A stretch of DNA of 63,996 nt, filler included, from Candidatus Hydrogenedentota bacterium (GCA_040752395.1; 12 parts of 12 records of this genome joined end to end with filler, not necessarily neighbours in it); one strand, 5' to 3'; shown: positions 10,452-20,794, counted from the whole stretch's first letter. Numbers and translations are program-made. The notes: generated by a model not told the origin, from the letters alone.

Positions 10452-10586
10452 TGATTCAGACACTGGACATCAGACATAAGATTATAGACTTTATTTATGC
10501 AGGAGATTAGCGACATTGGAGAAGCCATCAGAAGTATAGGTAGGTTTAGTCTAAGATCTGATGTCTATAGTCTACTCTCTGAATCA
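10452..10586. repeat. CAGAC/GTCTG heptamer hairpin element (second copy 48569-48667)
   Basis: TGATTCAGA..TCTGAATCA ends; TTCAGACACT and GTCTACTCTCTGAAT shared with 48569-48668. Confidence 0.6.
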
Positions 10587-10669
10587 TAGTATTGTATTAT
10601 TGCGTATGGGAACGTGTGTTAAATAGCCCTGTCAAATTTTATAAATAATAGCCGACACCAGAATAAGAG

Positions 10670-13307
10670 ATGCAAAATTATATTTTTAAATCTTATTTTT
10701 TATTTATTAGTTTGTATCTTTTTCGCTATTGCATTTCTTTTTTCTTGATCCCACGTGTCTCTTGGTTTGGGCTGGTTTGGAACCCGCCCCTACGCCGGTT
10801 TCTTGCCTCTTGCTTCTTGCTTCTTTCGTTATTTTTCTTTTCTGTTATCTTGCTTCTTGCTTCTCCTTTACACGCTACTATAACCGATACCTGGGCTAAT
10901 ATCCCTAAAGTATTGTTTGGAGATTTCTTTCCTGATTCTGGTACCTGGCAGAATTATCCGATTACAATGACAGGACCAGATACTGAGGGCAGATGGAATG
11001 TTACACTTCAGTTATCGCCTGGCGCATATTTTGAGTATAAATTCGCTGCTTTAATAAATAACGATACCAAATGGGAACCTAATTTTGCGACCGCTTCGGG
11101 TAATAGAGAAATAACCATAGAGGATGATGGTACTGGCAAGATGGTGGTTTATCATAATTTTGCCGATACACCTTCTGTACCATCTGGTGTTATAGCCCAG
11201 CCTGGTAATCAGATGGTAATTTTAACCTGGTCATCGCCTGCTGATAATTCGCGCTGGGATGTGCAGTATGGTGGCGGTTATAATATTTATATCTCAACTA
11301 CTGCTGCCGGACCGCCCTGGACCAAAGTTAATACAGATACTATCTTTGCTGATACTGATGGAACACAATCATATACGATTACTGGTTTAGTGAATGATAG
11401 TTCTTATTATTTTGTCCTCGAATGTTTTGATGCATATTTTGATACCTGGGGACCACTGTATAGCGGGTATTCAGACATTAAAAGTGCAACACCATCGTTA
11501 CCTGTACTTGTATATTTCAGGGTTGATATAGGTCCTATTGTTCCAGGAGCAGGTATGTTTTTAGCCGGGACATTTAATTCCTGGAGCAGGACTGACAGCC
11601 CAATGACACAGATCGCTACGGGTTTGTGGGAAGAGACTGTTTATTTACAACCATACTGGACATATGAATACAAATATGTTTTAGATGGCGCTGAGACTGG
11701 CTGGGAACCGAATTATAAACACCTATTTCAATATTACGATCCGCTCGCTGAATCTGTGGCAGTATGTGGTGAATTTAATAGCTGGAATCTAAGTTCTGCT
11801 GTGTTAATGAGAAGAGATAATAGCGGCACCTGGTCAGCTGAAGTAGAACTAAGCTCAACCCAAGATGAATATAAATTCGTTATAAACGGTGAGTTTGAAG
11901 CTGGTAATAATAGAGTGGTATCCAATCCGAATACTAATAGAGTAATAGTTCCGACTTACTATATCGGCGATACAGTGCTTGATGATTGGGCTTGTGGACC
12001 TGACCCACCACAGAATTTTACTGCTATCTCATATGATACTAATTCGATTTATTTAGAATGGGAACTACCATCATATCCTGATAGATTAGACCATTACCAG
12101 TATAATCTATATAGATTAAAAGAATCAACAGATACTCTTTTTACGTTAATCGATACTTTACCTGTAAGTACTCTAAATTATCTTGATACAGGACTTATCA
12201 CAGGTGAGACTTATTATTATGTCATAACATCTCTTGATACAGGTTATATTGAATTAGAAGGGAACATCTCGAATGTAGTAACAGCTGTGCCGAGAATACC
12301 TGTTCCAGTTTATTTTTATGTTGATATAGGTCCAACTGACCCTGATACATTAGCCTGGGCATCAGAGGTAAATAACTGGAGTACAAGTGCTGATACCATG
12401 CAAAAAGTATCAACCTCGGTATGGCGTATTATGAAGATGTTACAGCCGGGTAATACTTATGAATATAAATACGTAATGGATAATGGTAATTTATGGGAGC
12501 AGGATTACAAGGTAAAGTTTGAGTATAATGATTCTACTTGTTGGAAAGTTGAGGTAGCAGGCGAGTTTAATGGCTGGGATACTGCAAACGCATATTTATT
12601 AAGAAAAGAATCAGGCACAGATACCTGGGTCACAGAAGTAAGCGCCACTACAGGACAGGGATATAAATATTTAATCAATGGAGTATATGAAGGAGGGAGT
12701 AATCGTACAGTGAGTTATGGTGGCAGTAATCGCAGTGTTACTATCAGTATGAATGGAGATACTTTTTACGATGACTGGAGCGGATTGCCTGATACACCAG
12801 CAGGTATCCAGGCTACAGGCGCAGGTGATACAAGTATTTTATTAACATGGTATTTTACTGATAATAAAGATACATACGACCATTATAAAGTTAGAATCTA
12901 CAGAAGCAGCGATACTGTTTATATTGATTCAGGCTATCAATTAATAGCAGAACTACCTTATGATACCATAAGTTTTATAGACAGCGGATTAAATTACGGC
13001 GAAACTTATTACTATAGGTTTACTGTTATTGATACTGGTAGTATTGTTCAGGAAGGAGCATTCTCAAAAAGGATTACTGGAATACCATATACCCCGGTCT
13101 CTGTAATATTTTATGTAGATATAGGTTTCAGGACTCCAGATACAGTAGCACTTGCCGGTCAGTTCAATAATTGGAGTCCGAGTGCAAATATAATGGATAA
13201 GATAGAGACAGGGTTATATGTAGAGACGATATTATTACAGCCAGGGTTATCGTATGAGTACAAGTATGTGATGAAGATATGGGAGCAGGATTACAAGGTA
13301 AAGTTTG
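10670..13307 (+). CDS. Large secreted FN3 / CBM20-CBM48-like repeat protein (3' truncated by gap; start uncertain)
   Basis: Repeated AG.FN.W ... YEYKYV..G.WE..NR modules alternating with FN3 (P..P..L.W..Y..YR..GL..GETYYY). Confidence 0.85.
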
Positions 13308-13442
13308 NNNNNNNNNNNNNNNNNNNNNNNNNNNNNNNNNNNNNNNNNNNNTTAATTAATTAANNNNNNNNNNNNNNNNNNNNNNNNNNNNNNNNNNNNN
13401 NNNNNNNGACAAAATGGTATAAAGCTTGCTATATATTTTAAA

Positions 13443-13555
13443 GATTGAAAGATTAAATGATTGAAGGATTGAAAGTCTTCAAGAGGCACAAAGGCACAAA
13501 GTATGAAAAACCAGATGTTTGTTTATCTTGCTTCTTGCTTCTTTTCATAGGAGGT
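13443..13555. repeat. Composite repeat copy ending at the pilin RBS
   Basis: GATTGAAA octamers, GGCACAAAG module, TGAAAAACCAGATGTTTGTTTATCTTGC (reverse complement of 40848-40875), then TTTTCATAGGAGG. Confidence 0.8.
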
Positions 13556-13560
13556 TATGT

Positions 13561-13977
13561 ATGTTAAAAATCTTTAAAAAAGAAGGGTTCACACTGGTAG
13601 AACTTTTAGTCGTTGTAGCTATTATAGGTATCCTTGCTGCAACCGCGTTACCAAAACTATTAGAGCAGCTTGACGTGGCAAGACGTGGAACCTGTAAGGC
13701 AGATATCGGCTCTTTTAATTCTGCAATCCAGGTCTATAGCGTTGATATAGTAGATTTTCCTGATAATCTTGAGCAACTTACTACAACCTGGATAGCCTCA
13801 ATACCTAGGGATCCCTGGAACAACGCTTATATCTGGACAGGTACAGCTGGTCAGCAGACAGACGATTATTCAATTGCTAGTACAGGTGGTGGTTCAGGTG
13901 TTGCTGGTAATCCTAAAAAGAAAGGCTGGGATATAATTTATACTTACACTGAGGGTGAAATAGAAGAGTACCAATAA
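13561..13977 (+). CDS. GspG-like pseudopilin / type IV pilin
   Basis: KEG|FTLVELLVVVAIIGILA prepilin cleavage motif; DPWNNAY; AGGAGG RBS supports the 13561 start. Confidence 0.88.
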   Translation: MLKIFKKEGFTLVELLVVVAIIGILAATALPKLLEQLDVARRGTCKADIGSFNSAIQVYSVDIVDFPDNLEQLTTTWIASIPRDPWNNAYIWTGTAGQQTDDYSIASTGGGSGVAGNPKKKGWDIIYTYTEGEIEEYQ

Positions 13978-14020
13978 TATTTTTCAATATTAAAAATTTG
14001 TTATAATCAAATATATATTA

Positions 14021-14056
14021 AAAAAAGCAGGTTAATAAATTTGACCTGCTTTTTTT
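14021..14056 (+). terminator. Intrinsic terminator after the pilin gene
   Basis: AAAAAAGCAGGT...ACCTGCTTTTTTT hairpin followed by a U-tract. Confidence 0.75.
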
Positions 14057-14103
14057 GTTTTTAAATATTGCTGATTTACATTTAATTTGTTTTATTATTA
14101 ATA

Positions 14104-15828
14104 ATGATACTTTTTATTTATTTTATTTCTTTACTTATTGCAGGTCAGCGATATCTAACCGGTGAATTCATTTATGTTATCGCCACTTCTCTACTTATAT
14201 TATATATATTTTACAATACCAGAGAGCGAGAAATTAAAATAAATACGAATATTCTGGTTATTTCTGGATTATTATATTTTTTTTCATTAATATCATTTTA
14301 TCCTTTCATTCATTTAAGACTCGAGATTAAAGGAATTTTCTATATATTATTTAATATTATTTTCTTATTGTTGATGGCATCGCAGTGTGGGGCTAATAGT
14401 ATCAGTATAGACTATTTAAGGATATCTTTAAAAAGGATAGTCATAGTTGGGGTTATTCTTGGGTTATTTTTTATTAAAGAGATATTTGTCAACCCGAATT
14501 TTTTAGCGATATTAGTATTAATAGGTGTTATTATTGAATCTCATAATTTATATGAGAAAAGAGCCAATACCATAATATCTGTAATTTTATTAATAGTTTA
14601 TTTTTATATTATCTTTAAGCTCAATTCTCGAGGGGTCTATTTAATATTAATTATGCTCTTATTATTTAAGATAAATGATATTTTAAAAAAGGGTCGATGG
14701 GTTATAACACTTGGTTTATTAATTATACTTATACCGATAGCGGTTTCAGTTTTGTTTTTAAAAGCAGGGGAGCCCTTGTCTTTTAAGAGATTTCTCATAT
14801 ACACTCATTCAATAGATACTTTAAGAGAATCGCCTGCGAGAGGTTTGGGGCCTGGTGGATTACAGGGTATAGCAACAATAAAGAATTTTGTTTATGATAC
14901 GGATATAGTTTTCAGGAATTTAAAGAAATTCAGTGATGCGCATTCGAGTGTTATTAATTTATTTTTAGCACTTGGTTTTATCGGTGGTAGCGTTATTTTG
15001 TCAGAATTAGTTATTCTTTTTAGAAGTATATTGAATTTAAAAAAGGATTGGTTATTTTATGTTGTTTTAGCGATAATTTTTAATTCTATTTTTGATATTA
15101 CATTGAGTTGTAAATTAATACTCTCGATATTTATTATTTCAATTGCTTTGTTAATAAATAATAATGGGTTCCCCAGAATCAGAATCTCAAAGAATATATT
15201 AAAAATTTTAATAATATTTATACTTATTATTTCTTTATACATTTTTTTCTCTGATTATCTCTGGCAATGCTTTCAACAAACAGATTCTACCTGGCATCTT
15301 ACTCAAATCCCTGGCTTTTCCCCCTGGAACGAATTGTTTTTATATAATAATGCCGTGCTCTCTTATAATAATGGAGATTTTAATAAGGCTGAGGATTATA
15401 TAACAGGATGTGTAAAATTAGCGCCCTTAGATAAAGAATATAATTTTTTATTAAGTGAGGTTTTGTATAAAAATAAAAAACCATTTGAATCTATAAAAAA
15501 CATTAAAAGAATAGAAAGAGAAAATATTTTTTTGTATGATTTATTTGAGAGAGAGGCCTTGTGTTTTTTAAGTCTCGGAATGAATGAAAAAGCATTAGAG
15601 GTGTTAAATTATATAAGCATAATAGAGCCATACGCAACCTTGCCAGGGTATTTTAAATATAATATTACTAAAAATAAAAAATATTTATATAAAACCATTT
15701 ATTCTTATTACATAATAAATAACTTTATTAATAAATACAATTATAAAGATGACAGATTACATAGGTTTAGATTCTTTGCACAGACACAAATAAATGATAT
15801 GATGGAAGAAATAAAAAATGACGACTAA
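14104..15828 (+). CDS. O-antigen ligase-like (Wzy_C) membrane protein with C-terminal TPRs
   Basis: Multi-TM; NPN, SRG, GLGPG, DAHS motifs; TPR-like C-terminus. Confidence 0.7.
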   Translation: MILFIYFISLLIAGQRYLTGEFIYVIATSLLILYIFYNTREREIKINTNILVISGLLYFFSLISFYPFIHLRLEIKGIFYILFNIIFLLLMASQCGANSISIDYLRISLKRIVIVGVILGLFFIKEIFVNPNFLAILVLIGVIIESHNLYEKRANTIISVILLIVYFYIIFKLNSRGVYLILIMLLLFKINDILKKGRWVITLGLLIILIPIAVSVLFLKAGEPLSFKRFLIYTHSIDTLRESPARGLGPGGLQGIATIKNFVYDTDIVFRNLKKFSDAHSSVINLFLALGFIGGSVILSELVILFRSILNLKKDWLFYVVLAIIFNSIFDITLSCKLILSIFIISIALLINNNGFPRIRISKNILKILIIFILIISLYIFFSDYLWQCFQQTDSTWHLTQIPGFSPWNELFLYNNAVLSYNNGDFNKAEDYITGCVKLAPLDKEYNFLLSEVLYKNKKPFESIKNIKRIERENIFLYDLFEREALCFLSLGMNEKALEVLNYISIIEPYATLPGYFKYNITKNKKYLYKTIYSYYIINNFINKYNYKDDRLHRFRFFAQTQINDMMEEIKNDD

Positions 15829-17335
15829 AGATTTTATAGTATCTATTTTAATATCTTTAGGGCTTTTTCTTATATTATTGTCCTGGCCATCTTATAATTA
15901 TTCATTTGATTCAGTTGCATTTATGATACATCATAATCTTTCCTATCAAAAAGATGCAATATATTTTGAACACTTACATCACCCATTAAAAGATATCATA
16001 GGTAGCTTAATTTTATTTCTCTTTAGAGAAATGGGATATTATGGAGAACTCATCACTATTTACCAGTTATTTATAAGTTTTATTTCCTGTATAACTCTGG
16101 CTTTATTTTATTTATTAGTAAGAAATTATGGCTATAATCTGATAGATTCACTGATATCTACTTTATTTATCCTCTGTTCTTATAGTTATTTTTATTTCAG
16201 TACCCAGTATGAAATCTATATACCTGCGATCCTTTCTCAGGTTCTTTTTTTTAGAGCTATATTATCAAAAAATACAATTTTTATTATTTTAACTGGTATG
16301 TTATTGCCTTTAGTACATCAAACCCAGTTGATAATATTAGTAGTATCTATTGTTTCTGGTATGTTGTATAAAGAGAAATACTACCAGGCAATCTTCATCA
16401 GTCTTTTAGTGTACTCTTTAATTATTACAGGTATTATATTTTATGTTCAGGAAAATATAAGAATTAAAGTACTATTAGGTCATTTACAAGCAAGTGATAG
16501 TTTATATCAAATAAGCTTAATTAATATTTCAAATGGTATTAAATCTCTTGGAAAAATATTTATATATAATTCAAATTATCAAATCATAACTGGCTTAATT
16601 GTTCTTTTATTTATCGTATGGATATATATATATAAGGAAGAAGTTAACAGAAAATTGTTTAGATTGATAGTGGTTTTATATTTAGTATTTTTATTTATCT
16701 GGGATAGGGGTGGTAGCGAAATATGGGTACTTTTACTACCAATATTAGCAATCAACCTTAAATCGGTAATTATAAATAGAGGTATAAGATATATAATAGT
16801 TACCTTTATAATAATCTTCGGAATGATTAATATTAAATATGGGATAATACCTGATTCTATTAAAGCTAATAACAAAGCATTATTACAGAGTGAAGCTATT
16901 AATAAGAAAATAGATAGCGAGAGTTTAATTTTATTATCAGGCTTGAATTTTGATGAATACAATATAGGTAAGGTTTATATACCGTATTTTAGCAAAAGGA
17001 AGATTTTAATCCTTGATTGGGTGATTGAGAATAATTTATGGAAGGAAGTATTGGATAGATACGAATATTTATATATTCCAGAGTATATATATAGTAATAT
17101 GGAAAGATATTCTTCTATAATTGAAAACAGACATTTTCTTTCTAAATCTACAATTTACAAAACTTTACAAAGGTATAAACCTATAGAAAGGGTAGATTGT
17201 GCTGGCTTGATATTATATAAATGCAAGAGAGAGTATACTGCTCCCCTGATTAGAATGGTCAGGTCAAAATGTGCCGAAAATTTACTAAAAAATGTCTCGA
17301 CAAACGGGGAGCACTACAAGAGAATGTATGATTGA
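15818..17335 (+). CDS. Polytopic membrane protein, GT-C-like
   Basis: Multi-TM with N-terminal FDS and HHPL motifs and a YEIY motif. Confidence 0.55.
   Translation: MTTKDFIVSILISLGLFLILLSWPSYNYSFDSVAFMIHHNLSYQKDAIYFEHLHHPLKDIIGSLILFLFREMGYYGELITIYQLFISFISCITLALFYLLVRNYGYNLIDSLISTLFILCSYSYFYFSTQYEIYIPAILSQVLFFRAILSKNTIFIILTGMLLPLVHQTQLIILVVSIVSGMLYKEKYYQAIFISLLVYSLIITGIIFYVQENIRIKVLLGHLQASDSLYQISLINISNGIKSLGKIFIYNSNYQIITGLIVLLFIVWIYIYKEEVNRKLFRLIVVLYLVFLFIWDRGGSEIWVLLLPILAINLKSVIINRGIRYIIVTFIIIFGMINIKYGIIPDSIKANNKALLQSEAINKKIDSESLILLSGLNFDEYNIGKVYIPYFSKRKILILDWVIENNLWKEVLDRYEYLYIPEYIYSNMERYSSIIENRHFLSKSTIYKTLQRYKPIERVDCAGLILYKCKREYTAPLIRMVRSKCAENLLKNVSTNGEHYKRMYD
17279..17318. repeat. 40-bp dispersed REP-like repeat (inverted copy at 36061-36100)
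   Basis: 39/40 identity to the reverse complement of 36061-36100; GTAG-initiated. Confidence 0.8.
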
Positions 17336-17697
17336 AGAGAAGAAGTTTTTATCTTCTATTTTTGCAGGATTTTTTTTCTTTTATTTAATATTTTGCCAGG
17401 GGGTAAGAACAGGGGATTGCCTTCTGACTTATACTGTATGTAAGAATTTAATTACTCGTGGAACAACTACTACTGATTGGGGAATACCTGAGATGACGTT
17501 TAAGGGTATAGATGGTCGAAACTACAGCAAGTTTGGTATAGGTATGTCACTTATTGCCATACCTTTTTATTATGCAGGTGATTTCTTTTCAAGATTCTGC
17601 AAAGGTGAGACAGCTAAAGAGGTTATGCGACACTGGTTTTGCTCTCTTTTAAGTATTTTTTCAGCTGCTTTGACAGTTGTAGTAGCATATCTTATTT
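17328..17697 (+). CDS. Membrane protein, GT-C-like (3' truncated)
   Basis: GIDGRNYSKFGIGMSLIAIPFY motif; TM segments. Confidence 0.55.
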
Positions 17698-17856
17698 NNN
17701 NNNNNNNNNNNNNNNNNNNNNNNNNNNNNNNNNNNNNNNNNTTAATTAATTAANNNNNNNNNNNNNNNNNNNNNNNNNNNNNNNNNNNNNNNNNNNNCAA
17801 TATTTGTAAAAATATTATAATTTGTTATATATAGTAATGAAATGGAGGTAATGGTT

Positions 17857-18256
17857 ATGTTCGCTCGTCTCGTTAAATCTAAAAATAAAAGTTATGTAGT
17901 TATTGTCGAATCTTATAGAGATAAGAGAAGATTGGAAATTGAACTAAAGAAACACTCTATTGAATACTCGCCGGAAAAGATAAGAGAAGCATTAAATGAA
18001 TTACAGTTCTCTATAGTAGAGATAAAGAATGAGATATTCTTTATTCGTTCAAAAATAGAAGGCCTTGCAAATGATATATTAAGGATATTAAAGATAAAGA
18101 TACCTCCAACTATAACAATATCAGCAGATTTTTATTAATGCTATTATTCTAATAATATCAATAATAATTAGGGTTTGTAGTGAAAACTTTTTGGACCTAT
18201 ACCCCAATTTTATCCTCATTTTATTATAATTACAATTTAAAACTGTCAAACTCAGG
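17857..18256 (+). pseudogene. IS1634-like transposase remnant, internally deleted, with right end
   Basis: N-terminal MFARLVKSKNKSYVVIVESYRD joined to C-terminal YSPEKIREALNELQ..ILKIKIP; downstream CTGTCAAACTCAGG resembles an IS end. Confidence 0.6.
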
Positions 18257-18420
18257 AAAATATTAGCCCGATACTGTGATAACATCGACTTTCCTCCCTC
18301 TGAATAAAACTGAAAGTAATGGGAATGAAAAACCGCAAACTGTCTTTGCTGTTGACTTTTTACTGTGTTTTCATTATTCTCTGTGAGTGAAATCAAAGTT
18401 TCATGGACAGGTATAACTGT

Positions 18421-18846
18421 ATGAACTTAAATGATATTCGATGGGTTCAGAGATTCAATAATTTTAATAAAGCACTGGAACAACTTACCGAGGCCGTGGA
18501 ATTATCAAGACAGAGAGAGTTATCAAAACTTGAAAAACAAGGGCTAATACAGTCATTTGAATATACTCACGAACTTGCATGGAATACAATTAAAGATTTT
18601 CTGCTCCACCACGGAACACAAAATATTTATGGTTCAAAAGACGCAAGCCGGGAAGCGTTCAATAAAGGATTGATCCAAAATGGTGAGGTATGGATGGATA
18701 TGATAATCAGCTGTAACAAGACCACCCATACATACGATGAAGCTACCGTAAGTGAGATTGTGAATACTATTATCAATTCATATTTCCCTGAATTTGTTGC
18801 TTTGAAGCATACCCTTAATAAATTAAAAGAGAAAGAGTTGGTATGA
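18421..18846 (+). CDS. HI0074-family nucleotidyltransferase substrate-binding (HEPN) protein
   Basis: DIRWVQRF, GLIQSFEYTHELAW, WMDMI..N.TTHTYDE. Confidence 0.88.
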   Translation: MNLNDIRWVQRFNNFNKALEQLTEAVELSRQRELSKLEKQGLIQSFEYTHELAWNTIKDFLLHHGTQNIYGSKDASREAFNKGLIQNGEVWMDMIISCNKTTHTYDEATVSEIVNTIINSYFPEFVALKHTLNKLKEKELV

Positions 18847-19163
18847 ATAACGGTCTTGATGAACGGACGATTGAACAGATACGGTCAGTTTTATCCTGTT
18901 TCAAATCAATTAAAAAGGTTGTGTTATATGGTTCCAGGTCAAAGGGCAATTTCAAGAAAGGTTCTGATATCGATCTTGCTCTCTATGGCAAAGAACTGAC
19001 ATCAAAAACAGTTAATGAAATAGCAGACAGGCTCGATGACCTGCTTCTACCCTATAAGTTTGACCTCACCATTGTTTCCAGTATAACCAATCCTGATTTG
19101 ATAGACCATATCAACCGAGTGGGAATTGTATTATATCCAGTTTCAGAAAAAATTGGTAGTTAG
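18843..19163 (+). CDS. HI0073-like minimal nucleotidyltransferase
   Basis: LYGSRSKGNFKKGSDIDL, LPYKFDL, HINRVG. Confidence 0.88.
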   Translation: MNNGLDERTIEQIRSVLSCFKSIKKVVLYGSRSKGNFKKGSDIDLALYGKELTSKTVNEIADRLDDLLLPYKFDLTIVSSITNPDLIDHINRVGIVLYPVSEKIGS

Positions 19164-19228
19164 TCATTACCATATTCAGGTATATTAAAAATGGCTTTCT
19201 TATTGTTTCTTATCATAGGAGTAGATTT

Positions 19229-20794
19229 ATGGTTATTAAAAATATCGCAGTGATAGGTGCGGGTTACTGGGGTAAAAATCTTGTACGTGTAATGAATGAA
19301 CTTGGTGTTTTACGAAAAATATGTGATAAAGACAATAACATCCTGACACGTATGAAAACTCAATATAAAAATATAGATATTACTAATAACTACAAAGAGG
19401 TTCTTGAGAATAAAGATATTAATGCTGTTGTCATAGCAACACCTGCTTCAACGCATTATAATCTTGTTCAGGAATCACTTATTGCTGGTAAAGACGTACT
19501 TGTGGAAAAACCTCTGGCATTAAAACTTGAAGATGCGCAGGAACTCGTAGATATTGCTTGCAAAAACAACAGGGTTTTAATGGTTGGTCATATTCTTCAA
19601 TATCATCCAGCAGTAAAGAAACTTAAAGAGTTAATTTTTTCAGGTTATCTTGGCAAACTTCAATACATATATTCAAACAGGTTAAACATAGGAAAATTAA
19701 GAACCGAAGAGAACATTCTCTGGAGTTTCGCACCGCATGATATATCCGTTATATTATCAATTACCCAGGAACTCCCTCTTCGTGTTAATGCTTCAGGGGA
19801 AGCGTATGTACAGAAGGATATTTATGATGTCACATTAACGGTATTAGAGTTCCCATCACAGGTTAAAACCCACATCTTTGTCTCCTGGATTCATCCTTTC
19901 AAGGAACAACGGCTTGTTGTTATAGGGAGTAAGAAGATGGTTGTATTTGACGATACAAGCGTTAATGAAAAAGTTGTTATTTATCCACATACCATTGAAT
20001 GGCGAGATGGTAAAATCCCTGAGACACATATTGCGGAAAAAGAGGTTATAAGCATAGAAAAAAGTGAGCCTTTAAAATCTGAATGCGAACATTTCCTCTC
20101 CTGTGTACATAACAGAACACAGCCATTAACCGACGGTCTTGAGGCTATCAATGTTCTGCGTGTCCTGCATCTTGCCGAAAAATCGTTAAAATCGTCTGGC
20201 AGCTATTTTTCTTCAAAAGAACAGGATGAATATTACATCCATCCATCGAGTATTCTGGATGATAATGTAGAGATTGGGAAAGGTACAAAAATCTGGCATT
20301 TTTCTCATATATTATCAGGTTCAAGGATAGGTAAGAATTGCAACATAGGACAGAACGTTGTTATAGGGCCGGAGGTTATTATAGGAGATGGTTGCAAGAT
20401 TCAGAACAACGTTTCTGTATACAAAGGCGTAACACTTGAGGATTATGTATTCTGTGGCCCGTCCTGTGTCTTCACCAATGTAATCAATCCCAGATCAGAG
20501 ATTCGCAGGATGGACGAGCTTAAACCAACGCTTGTCAAAATGGGTGCATCCATCGGCGCTAACGCTACTATATTATGCGGTAATGTTATTGGTAAATACA
20601 GTTTTATTGGGGCTGGTTCAGTAGTTACAAAAGATGTTCCTGATTATGCTCTTATTTACGGTTCACCTGCAAGAATCAAAGGTTGGGTCTGTGAATGCAG
20701 TGAAAAGTTGAATTTTGAGAATAACAGAGCCTGGTGCAAAATCTGTGGTAAAAAATACACCATGTCAGATAATATAATTACAAGAATACAATAA
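19229..20794 (+). CDS. Gfo/Idh/MocA oxidoreductase fused to hexapeptide N-acetyltransferase (WbpB/WbpD-like)
   Basis: GAGYWG, VEKP; then IWHFSH, KIQNNVSVY, VFTNVINPRS and a C-terminal Cys cluster. Confidence 0.85.
   Translation: MVIKNIAVIGAGYWGKNLVRVMNELGVLRKICDKDNNILTRMKTQYKNIDITNNYKEVLENKDINAVVIATPASTHYNLVQESLIAGKDVLVEKPLALKLEDAQELVDIACKNNRVLMVGHILQYHPAVKKLKELIFSGYLGKLQYIYSNRLNIGKLRTEENILWSFAPHDISVILSITQELPLRVNASGEAYVQKDIYDVTLTVLEFPSQVKTHIFVSWIHPFKEQRLVVIGSKKMVVFDDTSVNEKVVIYPHTIEWRDGKIPETHIAEKEVISIEKSEPLKSECEHFLSCVHNRTQPLTDGLEAINVLRVLHLAEKSLKSSGSYFSSKEQDEYYIHPSSILDDNVEIGKGTKIWHFSHILSGSRIGKNCNIGQNVVIGPEVIIGDGCKIQNNVSVYKGVTLEDYVFCGPSCVFTNVINPRSEIRRMDELKPTLVKMGASIGANATILCGNVIGKYSFIGAGSVVTKDVPDYALIYGSPARIKGWVCECSEKLNFENNRAWCKICGKKYTMSDNIITRIQ

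Noticed and set aside
12493-13307. Identical 29-bp sequence at 12493-12521 and 13279-13307
   Set aside because: Intragenic domain duplication at the contig end, probably the cause of the assembly break; not a separate element.
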